A DNA stretch of 59,825 nt, filler included, from Basidiobolus ranarum (taxonomy: Eukaryota), in assembly GCA_040143965.1 (NCBI GenBank). It is 8 parts of 8 records of this genome, joined end to end, with 100 filler letters (N's around TTAATTAATTAA, not from the genome) between each part and the next. Parts side by side here need not be neighbours in the genome. Positions count along the whole stretch, not along the records: positions 30,016 to 37,404 come from JASJQH010008003.1; positions 37,505 to 44,883 come from JASJQH010008004.1; positions 44,984 to 52,355 come from JASJQH010008005.1; 5 more parts are not named here. The stretch is one strand, 5' to 3'. Positions 35,690 to 47,624 of this stretch are shown here, piece by piece. The notes under the pieces are model-generated. The model was given only the letters and a program-made list of their open reading frames with translations. It had not been told where the DNA came from and did not search any database. The position numbers and the translations under genes are program-made. Within the stretch, counting starts at the first letter, position 1. The number at the start of each line of letters is the position of its first letter.

Positions 35690-37404
35690 ATGAACAACCT
35701 AGTTGTCCCCACAAATCTCAAGCTTCACATCATATACGCTCAAAGGGGCGATGCCTTTGTGCTAGACTACATAGTCAACAACAATCGCCGCCTTCTCCTT
35801 GTTGATGGCGGTCCTACGTCGGCTTTTCATGGTGCCTATAGCGAGGGGGGGCCTTACTTTCGTCATTACCTGGCAGCTATACGAGACATATGGGGCAAAA
35901 GAAATACTGATAACATCGCTCTCGATATTGTCGTTTCTCATGCCGATGATGACCACTACGGCGGAATACTCGCCCTGCTCACAAAGCAAAAACTGACGAT
36001 ACGGGATCCAACCAACTGGAACAACGTTAACGAATTGACTCCGTATTATGAATTCCCCGGATACACCAAGATTGTGAATGCTGCTAAGAAGCTCCATCTA
36101 CGTGCCGAGAGATTGATCCAGAACCAGCTCGCGGGATTCACCATGCTTGTCCCTGGACCCAACGATATCATACGGTTGCATGCAGGTAGTATAGGCATAA
36201 ATGGGGACCAGATGGACATCAAAACATACATAGGAGCTACACTAACCAATAGCTCTATTCTTATCTTCCAAAACAACAACGATAATAATTCTGTTACGCT
36301 CGATGGAAGCGTTTTGTTCACCGGAGACAGTTCTGGATGCAATATCTTACCTCCTATTGGCCAGAATGTTCCGCATTTGGCAGTCTACAAAATTTCGCAT
36401 CATGGAGCATTCATGGACAGCGTGCCGATTATGAGGTCAGATTGAATATCCGTATAGCCGAGGCTACGACGCGCGAATGTGTTGTGCTCACGCTTTTGGA
36501 ATGGGCTCTGGGGAGTGATCAACCACAGACAGATAAAGACTTTATGGAGGCATATGTACCGGTTGCCAAAGAATACGCAGAACACCTTCTCGACTGTTGC
36601 AAGAAATTGTTGCAGACCCATGATGATGGCATTGTGAGGCAGTATTGTCTCATATTAAGTGTTACTTTGACTTCATCGATCAAGCCTTTTGGTTTGTTCC
36701 AAATGAAAGCACCGATCCTGGAGATGATATGACGATTCCTGATGTAACCACCCATCAACCATTGGAAGTATCGGCCTTGAATTGATCTCAATTCCCCGGC
36801 CGCTGCGGTCTCTAGAGCCGACAACACCTCCATGCCACTGAGAAGCTACCTGCAGTATAGATACTTTGAACGCGATACCATCATCACTCGAAAGGCTGCC
36901 ATCGATGCCATTCTAGGCAAGGCCAGAAAATTTACCAGTAATCTCAAGATGGGATATGACAGCCTTCTCTTAGCTACTGGAATTGATCTGGATAGCTCGA
37001 CCGTTGAGCTAGGTGCCAACACCGGTGATGAGGTCCTCTCTGCTCAGTTGCAAGCAATTGAGGAGCCCAAAGATGAGATTGGATTTGGAGAAGACAAGTC
37101 TAAAATCATCACCACTTACGTGGCCTTCACCAAAGAGGTCAAAGAGAAAATGAGCCTCAAGCTGTCTATTAATACTGAAAATGGAGTCACCGTCGAGACG
37201 TCCAAGGTGGTAGCATTACTCGCCCAGAAACCAACGCTTCGCCAGTACCTTGGAGAACAAGGCTATGCACTGGAGGCTTTTAAGGCGCTAAAATTGGTCG
37301 ACATTCTTCAACTCATAATAGGCACGAATACGGCAGAGAATATTGACGTTTTTACCCAAGCCTGGGTTTCTCTCCCCTCTATTTTCCACGATGACGGCAT
37401 TTTC
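35690..37404 (+). pseudogene. Large protein with an N-terminal ComEC/Rec2-type metallo-beta-lactamase-fold domain; frameshifted and truncated by the contig end
   Basis: GDAFVL, LVDGGP, SHADDDHYGG, LFTGDS and KISHHGA motifs in order. Coding character continues in shifted frames 36337-36732 and 36832-37404. Confidence 0.8.
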
Positions 37405-37504
37405 NNNNNNNNNNNNNNNNNNNNNNNNNNNNNNNNNNNNNNNNNNNNTTAATTAATTAANNNNNNNNNNNNNNNNNNNNNNNNNNNNNNNNNNNNNNNN
37501 NNNN

Positions 37505-39548
37505 CTGCCATCGTCATCACCACCACCCACAATCTTTGGCAAAGTGTTGGTGAAACGATTCTCGCGAGATTTATAGGGAATATCCGTGTCACCGGAGAAT
37601 TTGTTGCGAACGTCACGCTTGTTGGTAGATTGATTGATCTTGGCTACGTAGTCTCTTAAAGAACGTTTCTTGGTACTTTGAGATTCAATATCTTGAATAT
37701 CCAGATCACCAAAGTCATTATCAGCCTAGATATTTTATAAGTATTATGATCTGATGATAAGAACGCAACTCCAAAACAATCTTACCTTCTTGCGCTTGCG
37801 CAATTTAGTGCTGAGCTCTTTGTTGACTTGATCGAAATCATCTTCAAAGTCGGCCTCCTCTTCAGACTCTTCCACTTGCTCGTCCGAAACCTCCTCATCT
37901 TCATTGGCCGACTCATCACTGATGGAAGCTTCCTCAACAGAGTGCTCTTCTTCATTTTCTTCTTCCACATCTTCTTTTTCGTTTTCTAAAGGGAAACTGA
38001 ATGAGAATCTGATGCTTGCTCTTGAGAATATACAGTACCAACATACCTGAATCAAGAAGATTGCTATGCAAAAGCTCAATAAAGTCTTCGAGATCTTGAT
38101 GCAACTTCTCTTCTAGCTGCTCTATCTTTTCAAGATTGGTTTTGAGGTTCACCAGGACATCGATCACGGGATGTTCCTTTATATCAGGTGCGCCGGAGGA
38201 CTTCAACAGGAAATAAAAGGAAGTGTTCAAAAGGTAATTTAACAGAATTTCTAAATCGAAAGGTTAAGGAATATTTTGCGCGGTATATCGAAATAAACTG
38301 CTCAACAGATTGCTAAGAGAAAAAAGGATACGGTATTTAGCCTCTAGTAGTGCCATAGCTTTAGACATGGAGCTGTCGATACCTTTCTCCTTGGCCCTTC
38401 ATTTGGAAAGATATGTTAGAAGTGCAATTTGGACAATCCATAAATTAACCATAATGAAGCTTACAAATGAATAATAGGCTCAAGCTCCTCTTTAACGTTC
38501 AACTTTTCTTTGAACTCAGACAACAGCTCAATCAATTCAGGAGACTCGTTTTGAAGAAGTTTCAAAGTCTGGGCTTTTGTCAATTTGGAAGTGACCTTCT
38601 TGATGGTCTCAGTAGCAACATTGCCACTACGAAATCCGAGTTTAGATTATGTTCGGAAATATCAAGAGAACATATATATACTTACGATTCGAGAGAGATT
38701 AAATCCAAATCTTGGTTAACGCTTTCGATGAGCTTACGATCTTCAGAGACATCCTTATTTGAATCAATACGCTTAAGTAATAGGTTCTGATAAATAGAGA
38801 ACATGCTCATCTACCTTTTCGAGAGACACCTTGGAGGAATAATCATCACCAGCTTTACCAAGACTATCAGCAAATTCGTCAATGAAATCGTCTTCATCCA
38901 TGGCAGTCAAATGCTTCTTTTGAAGTCTCAATGCTTCCTTTTCCTCTTCCTTGGCATCCTCTTCATCTGAAGCGTCATCAGCATTATAATAACTTGTCCT
39001 CTTACGACCCCAAGCTATATTGATAACATTACGTTAGAATTGATCATGTACGTGACTGAGGATAACTATTTCTCACCAGTATCATCGTCTTCAGCTTCTT
39101 CAGCCTCTTTGGTTTCATCATCGTCATCATCACCTTCCTCTTCCTCATTTTGGCTGTCGTCACTATCCTCGCTGACACCCTCTAAACCAAAAACTTCCTC
39201 ATCATCCTCATCGGAAGAGTTTGCTATAGAAAAATATGGAATTTAGCTAGGAAGCTCATAAATAATGTTGAACAGTCTATTTACCTTGGCGACGAAATTT
39301 GCTCTCGTCTCCTAAAAGAACTTGGTCTCTTTCAGCGTGAACTATGGAAACAAAAAATTAGCCAAGCTATTCAACTAAATTGCCAAATAAATAGGAGAAT
39401 GAAAATATAATAGGAGAAGACCATTACATTCGTCTTCAGAATCATGCTCAACATCATCCCAAGTGTTGATAGCCCGAACAGAGCTACCACCACCATCGTA
39501 CTTGGGTTCTTCTTTACTATTTTGGGATCTAGATTTCTTTCTCGCCAT
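37505..39548 (-). CDS. SAS10: Sas10/Utp3 small-subunit processome component (about 10 exons; 3' end cut by the contig edge)
   Basis: Start MARKKSRSQ..RAINTWDDVEHDSEDE; acidic N-terminal region; AWGRKRTSYYNAD; ESPELIELL; NTSFYFLLKSSGAPDIKEHPVIDVLV (Sas10/Utp3/C1D domain); GDTDIPYK. Short GT-AG introns. Confidence 0.88.
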
Positions 39549-40275
39549 GTTGAACTAAAGATATAAACAGAGTATATATTTATCCTTTCAACTACAGTGA
39601 TATGATAAATATCGTCTGCTCGTTACTTTTCAAAAAGAAAAAAAAATAATGATATGGTGTTTTAGTTTTTTTCTTATTTGCAAATGGTATACTCGGTTTG
39701 GAGACTTGGGATTAACATCGAAAAAAAAAAGCCTTGAGATGAGCCCTGAAAAAAAAAATATCCGCAACTCGATCCGCTCGGAAATCTACCTAGCCGTAGC
39801 AGTCACCATAGGAATTTGGCATCAATGTTCAAGCCAAGTTGATTGCTGAGAAATCTAACATGCACTTGCAGAGCCATTGATACCTTCTCCAGTGTCTGGT
39901 AATCAGTCTTGCGATTAATTATTGGACATTTGAGTCTAATCAATATCAATTAATCATACTCTAAACAAATTTCTCTTCAAAACACGAAATGAGTCATGCA
40001 ATATCTTTATATCGCGATTTTTACCTAAATTTCGAGTCAAACCAATTTAATTCGACCCCTTTCCATTCTTCCTATAATTTCTATTTGTCCTTAATTTTTC
40101 AATCAACTTTTCAAGTTGGCGTGTTATAGTTTTATATCAGTTTCCGTGTATACACCCTCCTCTTAATAGCTCCCAATTTTCGTGTTTTACTCCCTTAGTA
40201 AATACAATTTCTACGTGCACTGAGTTCACTTTAATATTGTAGTTATACAGAAATACCTATTGATTTACGGTTATC

Positions 40276-43200
40276 ATGTCTGATACACCTCTCAAAAGAT
40301 CAACACGGAGAACTACATCCGTTCGTCGGACAATAGAAACTACCACAAGGCGAACAACCACCCCAGGTCCGGTTGGTGCTACCTCAGTCAACATCGCGAC
40401 TGCCTTCAAACTCTCTGGTCTTTCAGATTCGGCTGGAGATTCAGACGATTCATCTCAAAATCTACATGTGGCCATTGATAATACACCTGTTCCCATAAGA
40501 AATCACGAAGAAACTGACACCGAGGAGGAAATTTCTGATAAGCATTCAGAGACTGAGTCAGAGGAAGAAGAGACTTTCAACACTCCTCTCTCTTCTGGTT
40601 TAGGTCGTCGATTATTGTCTACTATTCTTCCTTATTCTCCACAATGGATTCGGGCTGCAACACCTCAGCGTGAAGCAAGTCCTGAAAGTGACTCACACTC
40701 GGAGTCAGAGTCTGAAAATAATAATCAAACTGTGATCCCTCAATCCAAAAAGACTAGAAGTGCTGGATTAGTACGAAACCCTGAGCCTCCTGGTACAGTA
40801 AACCTTGTAGCTGGTCGATACTATTTAAGACCAAGAGTAAATTCACCAGCACGTTCTGTTGCCCGTGCGCCTACTCAACTTCAAGAGCACGCTATGTCTT
40901 CATCAGATGACGAAGAATGGAGTCCGAAGCCTACCTTTTATGAGCCTACTTCACTATCAAAGCTCGACACCAATCACAAGCTAGATGATAAATTCCAAAA
41001 TTACCATGAAGACTCAGAAGAGCCTAGTAGCGATGAGTATTCGTACTCAGAAAGTGACTCTGGAGATGAATATCCAGAGGTAATCAAAATTCCAATCTGG
41101 CGCCCAATTCAGGCGGCAATTGTGGGTTGCTTCGCAGGTGTTGGCCAGATTGTCAAGAGTATTCTTTCAGCGATTGGATTCTTGATTTTCATGGTATTTT
41201 GGATACTCAAAGAGATCATCAGTACTTTGTTTGTGTATACCAAGTATATTTTACTCACTTTGTTTGTTACTCCTGTTCGCTCTCTTTTAACATCGGGTCA
41301 TGTTGTAAATGTAATCAATGCTGGAACTAGAGGGTTCAAAGGTGTGTTTAGATGTCTCACTAAAAACTTAGGTTGGGTTTTGTTCGTGTCGGCTATTTCC
41401 GGGTTACTTTGGGCAAATCTACATGGACAGAATCACGAAGAAATGTTCAACAACCTACGTGAACGTCTGGATCATCATAAATATCTCGAAAAGATTCCTA
41501 AATTTGATACTTCGAAGTTGAAGTTACCAGAGATTTCAATACCTGAGATTTCACTGCCTGAGATTTCACTACCCGAGATTTCAATACCTGAGATTTCATT
41601 ACCCGATATCTCGTTGCCTGATATCTCATTGCCAGATATTTCGTTACCGGCATTCGAGATCAAACTGCCATCTTGGGACTCTCTAGGATGGCCTAAACAC
41701 TCCAACGAAGACAGTGATTCATCTTCTGACTATACCGCTACTCCAGAGAAACCTCAAGTAGCGCCTAAAGATTCGGATGAGAATGTCGTTATATCACATC
41801 CGGAAGGCTCCGATATTAGTTTGGAATCTTTTGATGAGCTCCAATCTCGATTGGAGTCTTTGGAGATTTCACTCAGACACTTGTCTTTTGTTGCTAACAG
41901 CCTGGTGGACCACAATGACGTCCTTCGAGAGGCAGCTGGTGATGAGGTGGTGTATCAAAATAGCGTCAATAACGAGGTTGATAGTCTTAAGAATCTTTTT
42001 GATGAGCACATCAAGCATACTCGCGATCAAAAGGAAACCGTGGATTCTATTCTGGAGTCGATCAAGAACAGTGATCACAAATTGGAAGGATTCAACTCCG
42101 ATATTGAGTCTTTGAGAAGCCAGATCAATTCCGCCGAGAGTAAAATGAATTCCTTAGGTGCAAATATTACCAGTGCTTACAACGATTTAGAAAGAATGAA
42201 GGAAAGAATTATTGAGATCTCGCAGCATGATTACTATTCACGTCAAATTCTAGATACTGTGGAGCGTGCCTTACCCAACTATCTCATCGCCAGTAAGAAT
42301 AGAGAAACCGGAAGTGTTGAGGTTGCACCCGAATTCTATCAGTACCTGAAGTCTCTCTTTGTTACTCCTGTGCAGCTTCAGTCAATGGTCCAAGAGGGCC
42401 TCGTAAGATCTGATCAGCCAGATCTTCCTCCTTGGTCCGAGTTTTTGGAGGCTAATCAAAAAGAGCTTCATTCTCTCATTCGGGAGAATATCGCCAAATC
42501 CGTGAATGATATGAATGATTCTGGAGTCGCTATAAGCAAAAAGGACTTTCTTTATGTTTTGCAAAAGAAGCTCGATGATTTAAAGGAGCAAATTGCCTCG
42601 AAAATCCAGGAAGAGGTTAATTCAGTTGCAGAGAAATTTGAACAGAAATCTAAGCTATATTCGGATCTGGAGTCTCCTTTGTTGTTTGAGAATACTGATA
42701 CCATTTCTTTGGTAAGTAATCTCATTGACGACGCTCTAGCCAAATATTCGGCAGACATACTTGGTCTGCCTGATTATGCTTTGTATTCAGGTGGTGGACG
42801 TGTTATTCCATCTCTGACATCGGTTTCATATCATGTTCCTTCAAAATCCATGATCGCGCGTGCTGCAGCTAAAGTCTTTGGCTTAAGTGCATTAGGATCG
42901 GGTAACCCTCCAACCACTGCATTGAATCCGGATATCCATTTGGGCAAATGTTGGCCATTCCCTGGAAATCAAGGAAATCTGACTGTTCTTCTCTCCCGTA
43001 GCATTATTCCTACCGATTTCTCCATTGAGCATGTTCCTCGCAGTGTGGCAATTGATGTAAGTAGCGCACCCAAGAAGCTTGCTGTCTATGGGTTGTACGA
43101 GAAGACAGATGATATGCCAAAAGAAATCGATGGAGAGTTGCTTGAGCATGAGGGCAAAATATATGTCCAGCAATTCCTTTCTACTTATGAGTACGATGTT

Positions 43201-43356
43201 AATAGCTCGCGCCATGTTCAAACTTTCCCAGTCCAAGCGCAAATCAAGCTCTCTCAGCCCGTACGCATTGTTCAGCTCCGCGTGCTAAGCAACTATGGTC
43301 AAGATACATACACGTGCCTTTATCGCTTCCGAGTTCACGGCAAGATTGCTGAATAG
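40276..43356 (+). CDS. Sad1/UNC-84 SUN-domain inner nuclear membrane protein (LINC complex), 1026 aa
   Basis: Disordered S/T/E-rich N-terminus, hydrophobic TM segments and coiled coils. C-terminal SUN domain PDYALYSGGGRVI..GKCWPFPG..FSIEHV..SSAPK..SNYG..YTCLYRFRVHG. Confidence 0.95.
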   Translation: MSDTPLKRSTRRTTSVRRTIETTTRRTTTPGPVGATSVNIATAFKLSGLSDSAGDSDDSSQNLHVAIDNTPVPIRNHEETDTEEEISDKHSETESEEEETFNTPLSSGLGRRLLSTILPYSPQWIRAATPQREASPESDSHSESESENNNQTVIPQSKKTRSAGLVRNPEPPGTVNLVAGRYYLRPRVNSPARSVARAPTQLQEHAMSSSDDEEWSPKPTFYEPTSLSKLDTNHKLDDKFQNYHEDSEEPSSDEYSYSESDSGDEYPEVIKIPIWRPIQAAIVGCFAGVGQIVKSILSAIGFLIFMVFWILKEIISTLFVYTKYILLTLFVTPVRSLLTSGHVVNVINAGTRGFKGVFRCLTKNLGWVLFVSAISGLLWANLHGQNHEEMFNNLRERLDHHKYLEKIPKFDTSKLKLPEISIPEISLPEISLPEISIPEISLPDISLPDISLPDISLPAFEIKLPSWDSLGWPKHSNEDSDSSSDYTATPEKPQVAPKDSDENVVISHPEGSDISLESFDELQSRLESLEISLRHLSFVANSLVDHNDVLREAAGDEVVYQNSVNNEVDSLKNLFDEHIKHTRDQKETVDSILESIKNSDHKLEGFNSDIESLRSQINSAESKMNSLGANITSAYNDLERMKERIIEISQHDYYSRQILDTVERALPNYLIASKNRETGSVEVAPEFYQYLKSLFVTPVQLQSMVQEGLVRSDQPDLPPWSEFLEANQKELHSLIRENIAKSVNDMNDSGVAISKKDFLYVLQKKLDDLKEQIASKIQEEVNSVAEKFEQKSKLYSDLESPLLFENTDTISLVSNLIDDALAKYSADILGLPDYALYSGGGRVIPSLTSVSYHVPSKSMIARAAAKVFGLSALGSGNPPTTALNPDIHLGKCWPFPGNQGNLTVLLSRSIIPTDFSIEHVPRSVAIDVSSAPKKLAVYGLYEKTDDMPKEIDGELLEHEGKIYVQQFLSTYEYDVNSSRHVQTFPVQAQIKLSQPVRIVQLRVLSNYGQDTYTCLYRFRVHGKIAE
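41524..41649 (+). repeat. Coding 15-bp tandem repeat, 8 x (L/I)P(E/D)IS
   Basis: LPEISIPEISLPEISLPEISIPEISLPDISLPDISLPDISLP; third codon positions vary between units. Confidence 0.95.
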
Positions 43357-43790
43357 CACCCTTGAGTATTTGAAACAACAGACAAGGCAGTTAATTTCAT
43401 AGTTCATAGAATCCAAATAGATTCTCCAACGCCTTGGATTTGTTTATACAATGGATGTTAATTAATTCTCCACCCATTTGTTATATTTGTATGTTTATGT
43501 TTTTTAGATTCTGCCATCTTTTTCCACGATCTTTGTTGTTTCGTTTTCTTGTATCGCATCGCATGTCCAGAATATAGAAGAAAATAAATTATGAAGTTTT
43601 CAAAACCCATTTTTTCCTTGGAAAATCCACCCATTTCGATCAACGATCAGAATCCATGGATGATCCTGATTGTAAAGCAAAAAACATTTTTTCAACCACT
43701 CGCTTTAGATTAAGGTTCGGGATATAGTTCTAGAAAGGCTCTCCTGAGCGCGCTCTCTTTCCCACTCTTTGTACCTCTTGGAATTTAAAG

Positions 43791-44037
43791 GTAGGTCAAG
43801 CGTTTTATTTTGTCGCACCACGGTCGAACTGCATTATTTTGGATGGGATGGGATGGAGTTTGCTTGTAAATTTGTAAATAGTCTAATTATGAATGCTTAT
43901 CTGTATGGATTGGTATTCCATCCATCCATGATAGTCTACTTTGGACGTTGAGTTTACGTGTGTGTCGTGTATATATATGTGTTGGTGGGGAGGAGAGGCA
44001 TGTTGAACCAAATTGGACTCACGTTATTCTTGTATAG
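43791..44037 (+). other. 5'-UTR intron of RPL17
   Basis: AAG|GTAGGT donor after a pyrimidine-rich leader (43753-43779); CTCAC branch-like site; TTGTATAG| acceptor 13 nt before the ATG. Confidence 0.7.
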
Positions 44038-44050
44038 GTCATTAATCAAG

Positions 44051-44602
44051 ATGGTGAGATACTCAGCCACTCCTGCTAACTCTGCCAAGTCTGCAATGAC
44101 TCGTGGTTCTTATCTTCGTGTTCATTTCAAGAACACTAGAGAAGCTGCCGCTGCTATTTCTGGAATGAAATTGGCCAAGGCCATCACTTACCTTGAGGAT
44201 GTCAAAGCCCACAAGCAATGCATTCCTTTCCGTCGTTTCGCCGGTGGTATTGGTCGTTGTGCTCAAGCTAAGGCTTTTGGTACCACCAAAGGTCGCTGGC
44301 CCGTTAAGTCAGCTGAATTCTTGTTGGGTCTCCTCAAGAATGCTGAGAGCAACGCTGAAAACAAGGGATTGGACATGGAGGCTTTGACTGTCAAGCATGT
44401 TCAAGTCAACCAAGCCCCCAAGCAACGTAGACGTACTTATCGTGCCCACGGTAGAATCAACCCTTACATGAGCAGCCCTTGTCACATCGAGATCATTGTT
44501 ACTGAGGAGGATGCTACTGTCAAGCGTGAAGATGACGGTGTCAAACCCAAGCTTAACAAGCGTCAAATCGCTAGAAGAGCATTAGTCGCTAGCCGTCAAT
44601 AA
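44051..44602 (+). CDS. RPL17: 60S ribosomal protein L17 (uL22), 183 aa
   Basis: [55 protein letters not shown]. The true ATG is at 44051. Confidence 0.98.
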   Translation: MVRYSATPANSAKSAMTRGSYLRVHFKNTREAAAAISGMKLAKAITYLEDVKAHKQCIPFRRFAGGIGRCAQAKAFGTTKGRWPVKSAEFLLGLLKNAESNAENKGLDMEALTVKHVQVNQAPKQRRRTYRAHGRINPYMSSPCHIEIIVTEEDATVKREDDGVKPKLNKRQIARRALVASRQ

Positions 44603-44983
44603 TTGTCGCTCTTGATTAAGATTTTCTCACAGTATAATACCACGGTTGATATAGCCACACTGAAGGTGTATATTTCCATTGAAAATAAAGAATTTCTAAT
44701 ACACTTCGGATTGCTATGTAAATTAATATACTAATATACGAACCAATCTGTAAATACACTCCTACATCTGTTGTGCCTTTTGTTTGTATTATGCATTTGT
44801 ACACGCGCACGCGGGTAATGTTCATTTTCTACAAAGGATGGGTTAGGGCTTGGGGTATGAATGTCGAAAGTTACCTTACCATTNNNNNNNNNNNNNNNNN
44901 NNNNNNNNNNNNNNNNNNNNNNNNNNNTTAATTAATTAANNNNNNNNNNNNNNNNNNNNNNNNNNNNNNNNNNNNNNNNNNNN

Positions 44984-45303
44984 CCTTGAGCCCAAAGTGC
45001 ACCAGTGGCATCCCAGAACTGTTGGAATTGAGCAGGCATTGCTCCAAATCTGGTAGGAATACCGAAGAAGAACCCATCAGCTTCTGTCAGCATATCCGGT
45101 GTGATGACTGGGATATCTGGCTTGGGTGGAGCGTGAAGCTTAGCGAGGATTTCATTTGATAAGGTCTCAGGAACCTGGTAAATAGTGACCTCGATGTTGC
45201 CACTCTTCTCGATTCCCTTCTTGACTGACTTGGCCAACTCGTAGATATGACCATAGACGGTGTAGAGGATAATGAAAATCTTTGTCTTGATCTGGGCAGT
45301 CAT
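44984..45303 (-). CDS. Flavodoxin-like NAD(P)H:quinone oxidoreductase, WrbA/Pst2/Ycp4 family (3' truncated)
   Basis: YTVYGHIYELA..YQVPETL..EADGFFFGIPTRFGAMPAQFQQFWDATGALWAQ. Confidence 0.95.
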
Positions 45304-46560
45304 TGCGTTAATCCAAGGGTGATGTTATGTGAAAGCAATATTTTTATAACAGTAGTTGCTGAGTTACGGATAAGTTCGATGTGAGAGTAGTATTTATTTG
45401 AAACAGAAATAATTATTGAGTGATTTAAACTCAGATGTTTGTCAGCCATTCTTATGTTCATATTATGTAATCTCAGCATTATTCTAGCTCAACCCAAAGG
45501 TTTATCCGATTTATTGATAATCTGAGTAGGAAATATTTAACCGATTGGCCATTGGTTTCATCCGAAAGGTGGTGAAAAGACGAGATTGATGTACTTACAT
45601 GATTGCGTTTCTGTCAGAAATAAGAATTGTCATCAGTCACTGAAAAGCACATCATATAAAGAAGCTAAGCTCTTGGTTTCATGTTGATTTGTAAAGCAAT
45701 GAACTAATCAATATTGAGATTTCATTGGAAGTTTCTTACCTTATAACTAAGATTTTGTATTTTCTGTGAACTTTGACAGCTCTCGGGTAATAAAGTTCTT
45801 GGTTTGATTATCTTCCTTTATCTAGTGATTTGCCATGTTCAAGGTGTAACTAGTAAAAGAACACGGATTTAATTATGATTTCGACTACGAACATTCAATG
45901 GATGATTAATATTAAGTTACAGGCCCAGTAGAATATTAAATATAAGAATAATATTTTTATTTATATTATATGATAGGAAGCAGCAGGGCTGAGTGGTGGA
46001 ACCTAAAGATGAATATAGTTAGCTAAAGATATTTGGGGAATGTTGTGAAGAAGAGTTGGAGTAGAGTGATTCAGAAAAAGATTGAGTGCATTATGCTCAC
46101 ATTCTTCTCATAAATGAGAAGCAGGCATTCAAACAAGAGGTGTCAGAAAGATATTTTCATCAGCATCGAACTCCAATAAATAAAAAATCCATGATTCTTA
46201 CCATAAATGGAACGCCAGATCAACACCGAAGTGCTGATGCTTTTCTCAACACTGTATCATCAATATTTATTGTTCCGCTGCCTCTATGGGAAATGGATAA
46301 TTTTTATCGCTGAAACTATATTTTGCCATGCCTGATTGATGGGAATTCACTCAATTTATTAGTCAGCGAAGATTTTATTTTTGTCTCTGGCTCATCGATT
46401 TTTACTCATTTTCCCTTGTTGCTTTTTGAAACGGTACAAATGTTAGTTGCACCAGAAAAAGGTTTTAAAATTACAACGAAGTTTTATTACTTGATCGCAT
46501 ATAAAAGTTATTCTCATATCCGTGAAGTATCTACAACTCTCTCTTTTATCTGAATCATCC

Positions 46561-47360
46561 ATGTCCATCTCTAGCCTGTCTTTTTTTTGCTTACTGAGCG
46601 CCACTATAGTATATGGCAATCTTGCAATCACCAGTCCAGTAAATAGTGTCTGGGAGATGGGAACCAAGAACTTAATCACATGGTAAAGAGCCTCAAATTT
46701 TTGTGATTGATTTTGCGTAATGTATTTACTCTCAAATTTTCTAGGACCGAAACCGGGGAGGGATCACCAGCTCCCGCAAGCTTCTCATTGGACTTGATGC
46801 AGGGACCAGCCACAGGTTTACAACTAATTCAGCAAATTTCTAAAGAAGTTGACGTCAAAGAGGGTCAACACTCCTGGGAAATTCCCAAGACTTTGCAACC
46901 TGGTAATTACTCTCTACGTGCTGGATCGCCGCCTAATGTTGTTTATAGCACATACTTCGAGATCAAGAGCCCTGGATCTGGTGGTATTTCACCTCCAGTC
47001 TCCCCTCCTCCTAAATCTACTAAGAAGCCTGAGAAAGAGACTAAGAAGCCTCATCATGATGACCAGGCGAAAAAAGTTAGTGGAGTCGAGGGTACATCAG
47101 GTGATGCTGCTACCGCACCAGCTCAGCCACCTGGTACTCCGCCACTTCATCCAGTTACAACCCAAAAGTCAGATAGTGCTACTCCACCGGACTCTAAAGC
47201 TCCTGCACCTGCACCTGCACCTGGAACAACAGCTAACCCTGCCAAACCCAATAGTGCAGAGACCAAAAAAATTCAAAAGAATATTGGAAGTTTACCAAAT
47301 GTTATTCAGGGTAGTTACTTGATGGTCATAGCTATAGCGATCCATTCTTATCGCAACTAA
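46561..47360 (+). CDS. Secreted Ser/Thr/Pro-rich GPI-anchored-family cell-wall protein (Kre9/Knh1-like Ig domain); exons 46561-46682 and 46745-47360
   Basis: Signal peptide, then ITSP..W.MG....ITW|..FSLDLMQG..SWEIP..L.PG.Y..YSTYFEI; Pro-rich stalk; hydrophobic C-terminus. The GT-AG intron at 46683-46744 restores the frame. Confidence 0.88.
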
Positions 47361-47624
47361 GAGGAATTTCAAGAGTTTCCCTTTGATCCCAACTATTCCG
47401 AATATTACTTTGTTGAACATTTCTTTTTTTGAATAGCGCTGGTCGAAATAAGATTAATTAACTATCCTTTATCTAAGTTAATCCTATGTACGGTGAAGTA
47501 CGACATCATATGGTGAGTTGTATACATGTATTACATATAGATTTGGCCTACTAAAGTCTACACGATAGTATGAATATTGGGAAATAGGTGCCTTTCAAAG
47601 CATGAACAAGGTTTACTAAAAAAA

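Noticed and set aside
43791-44037. Canonical C/D-box snoRNA in the RPL17 intron
   Set aside because: No RTGATGA...CTGA pair is visible; only the hairpin is reported.
43958-44050. N-terminal extension of RPL17 in the ORF track
   Set aside because: It lies mostly in the 5'-UTR intron; the conserved protein starts MVRYS at 44051.
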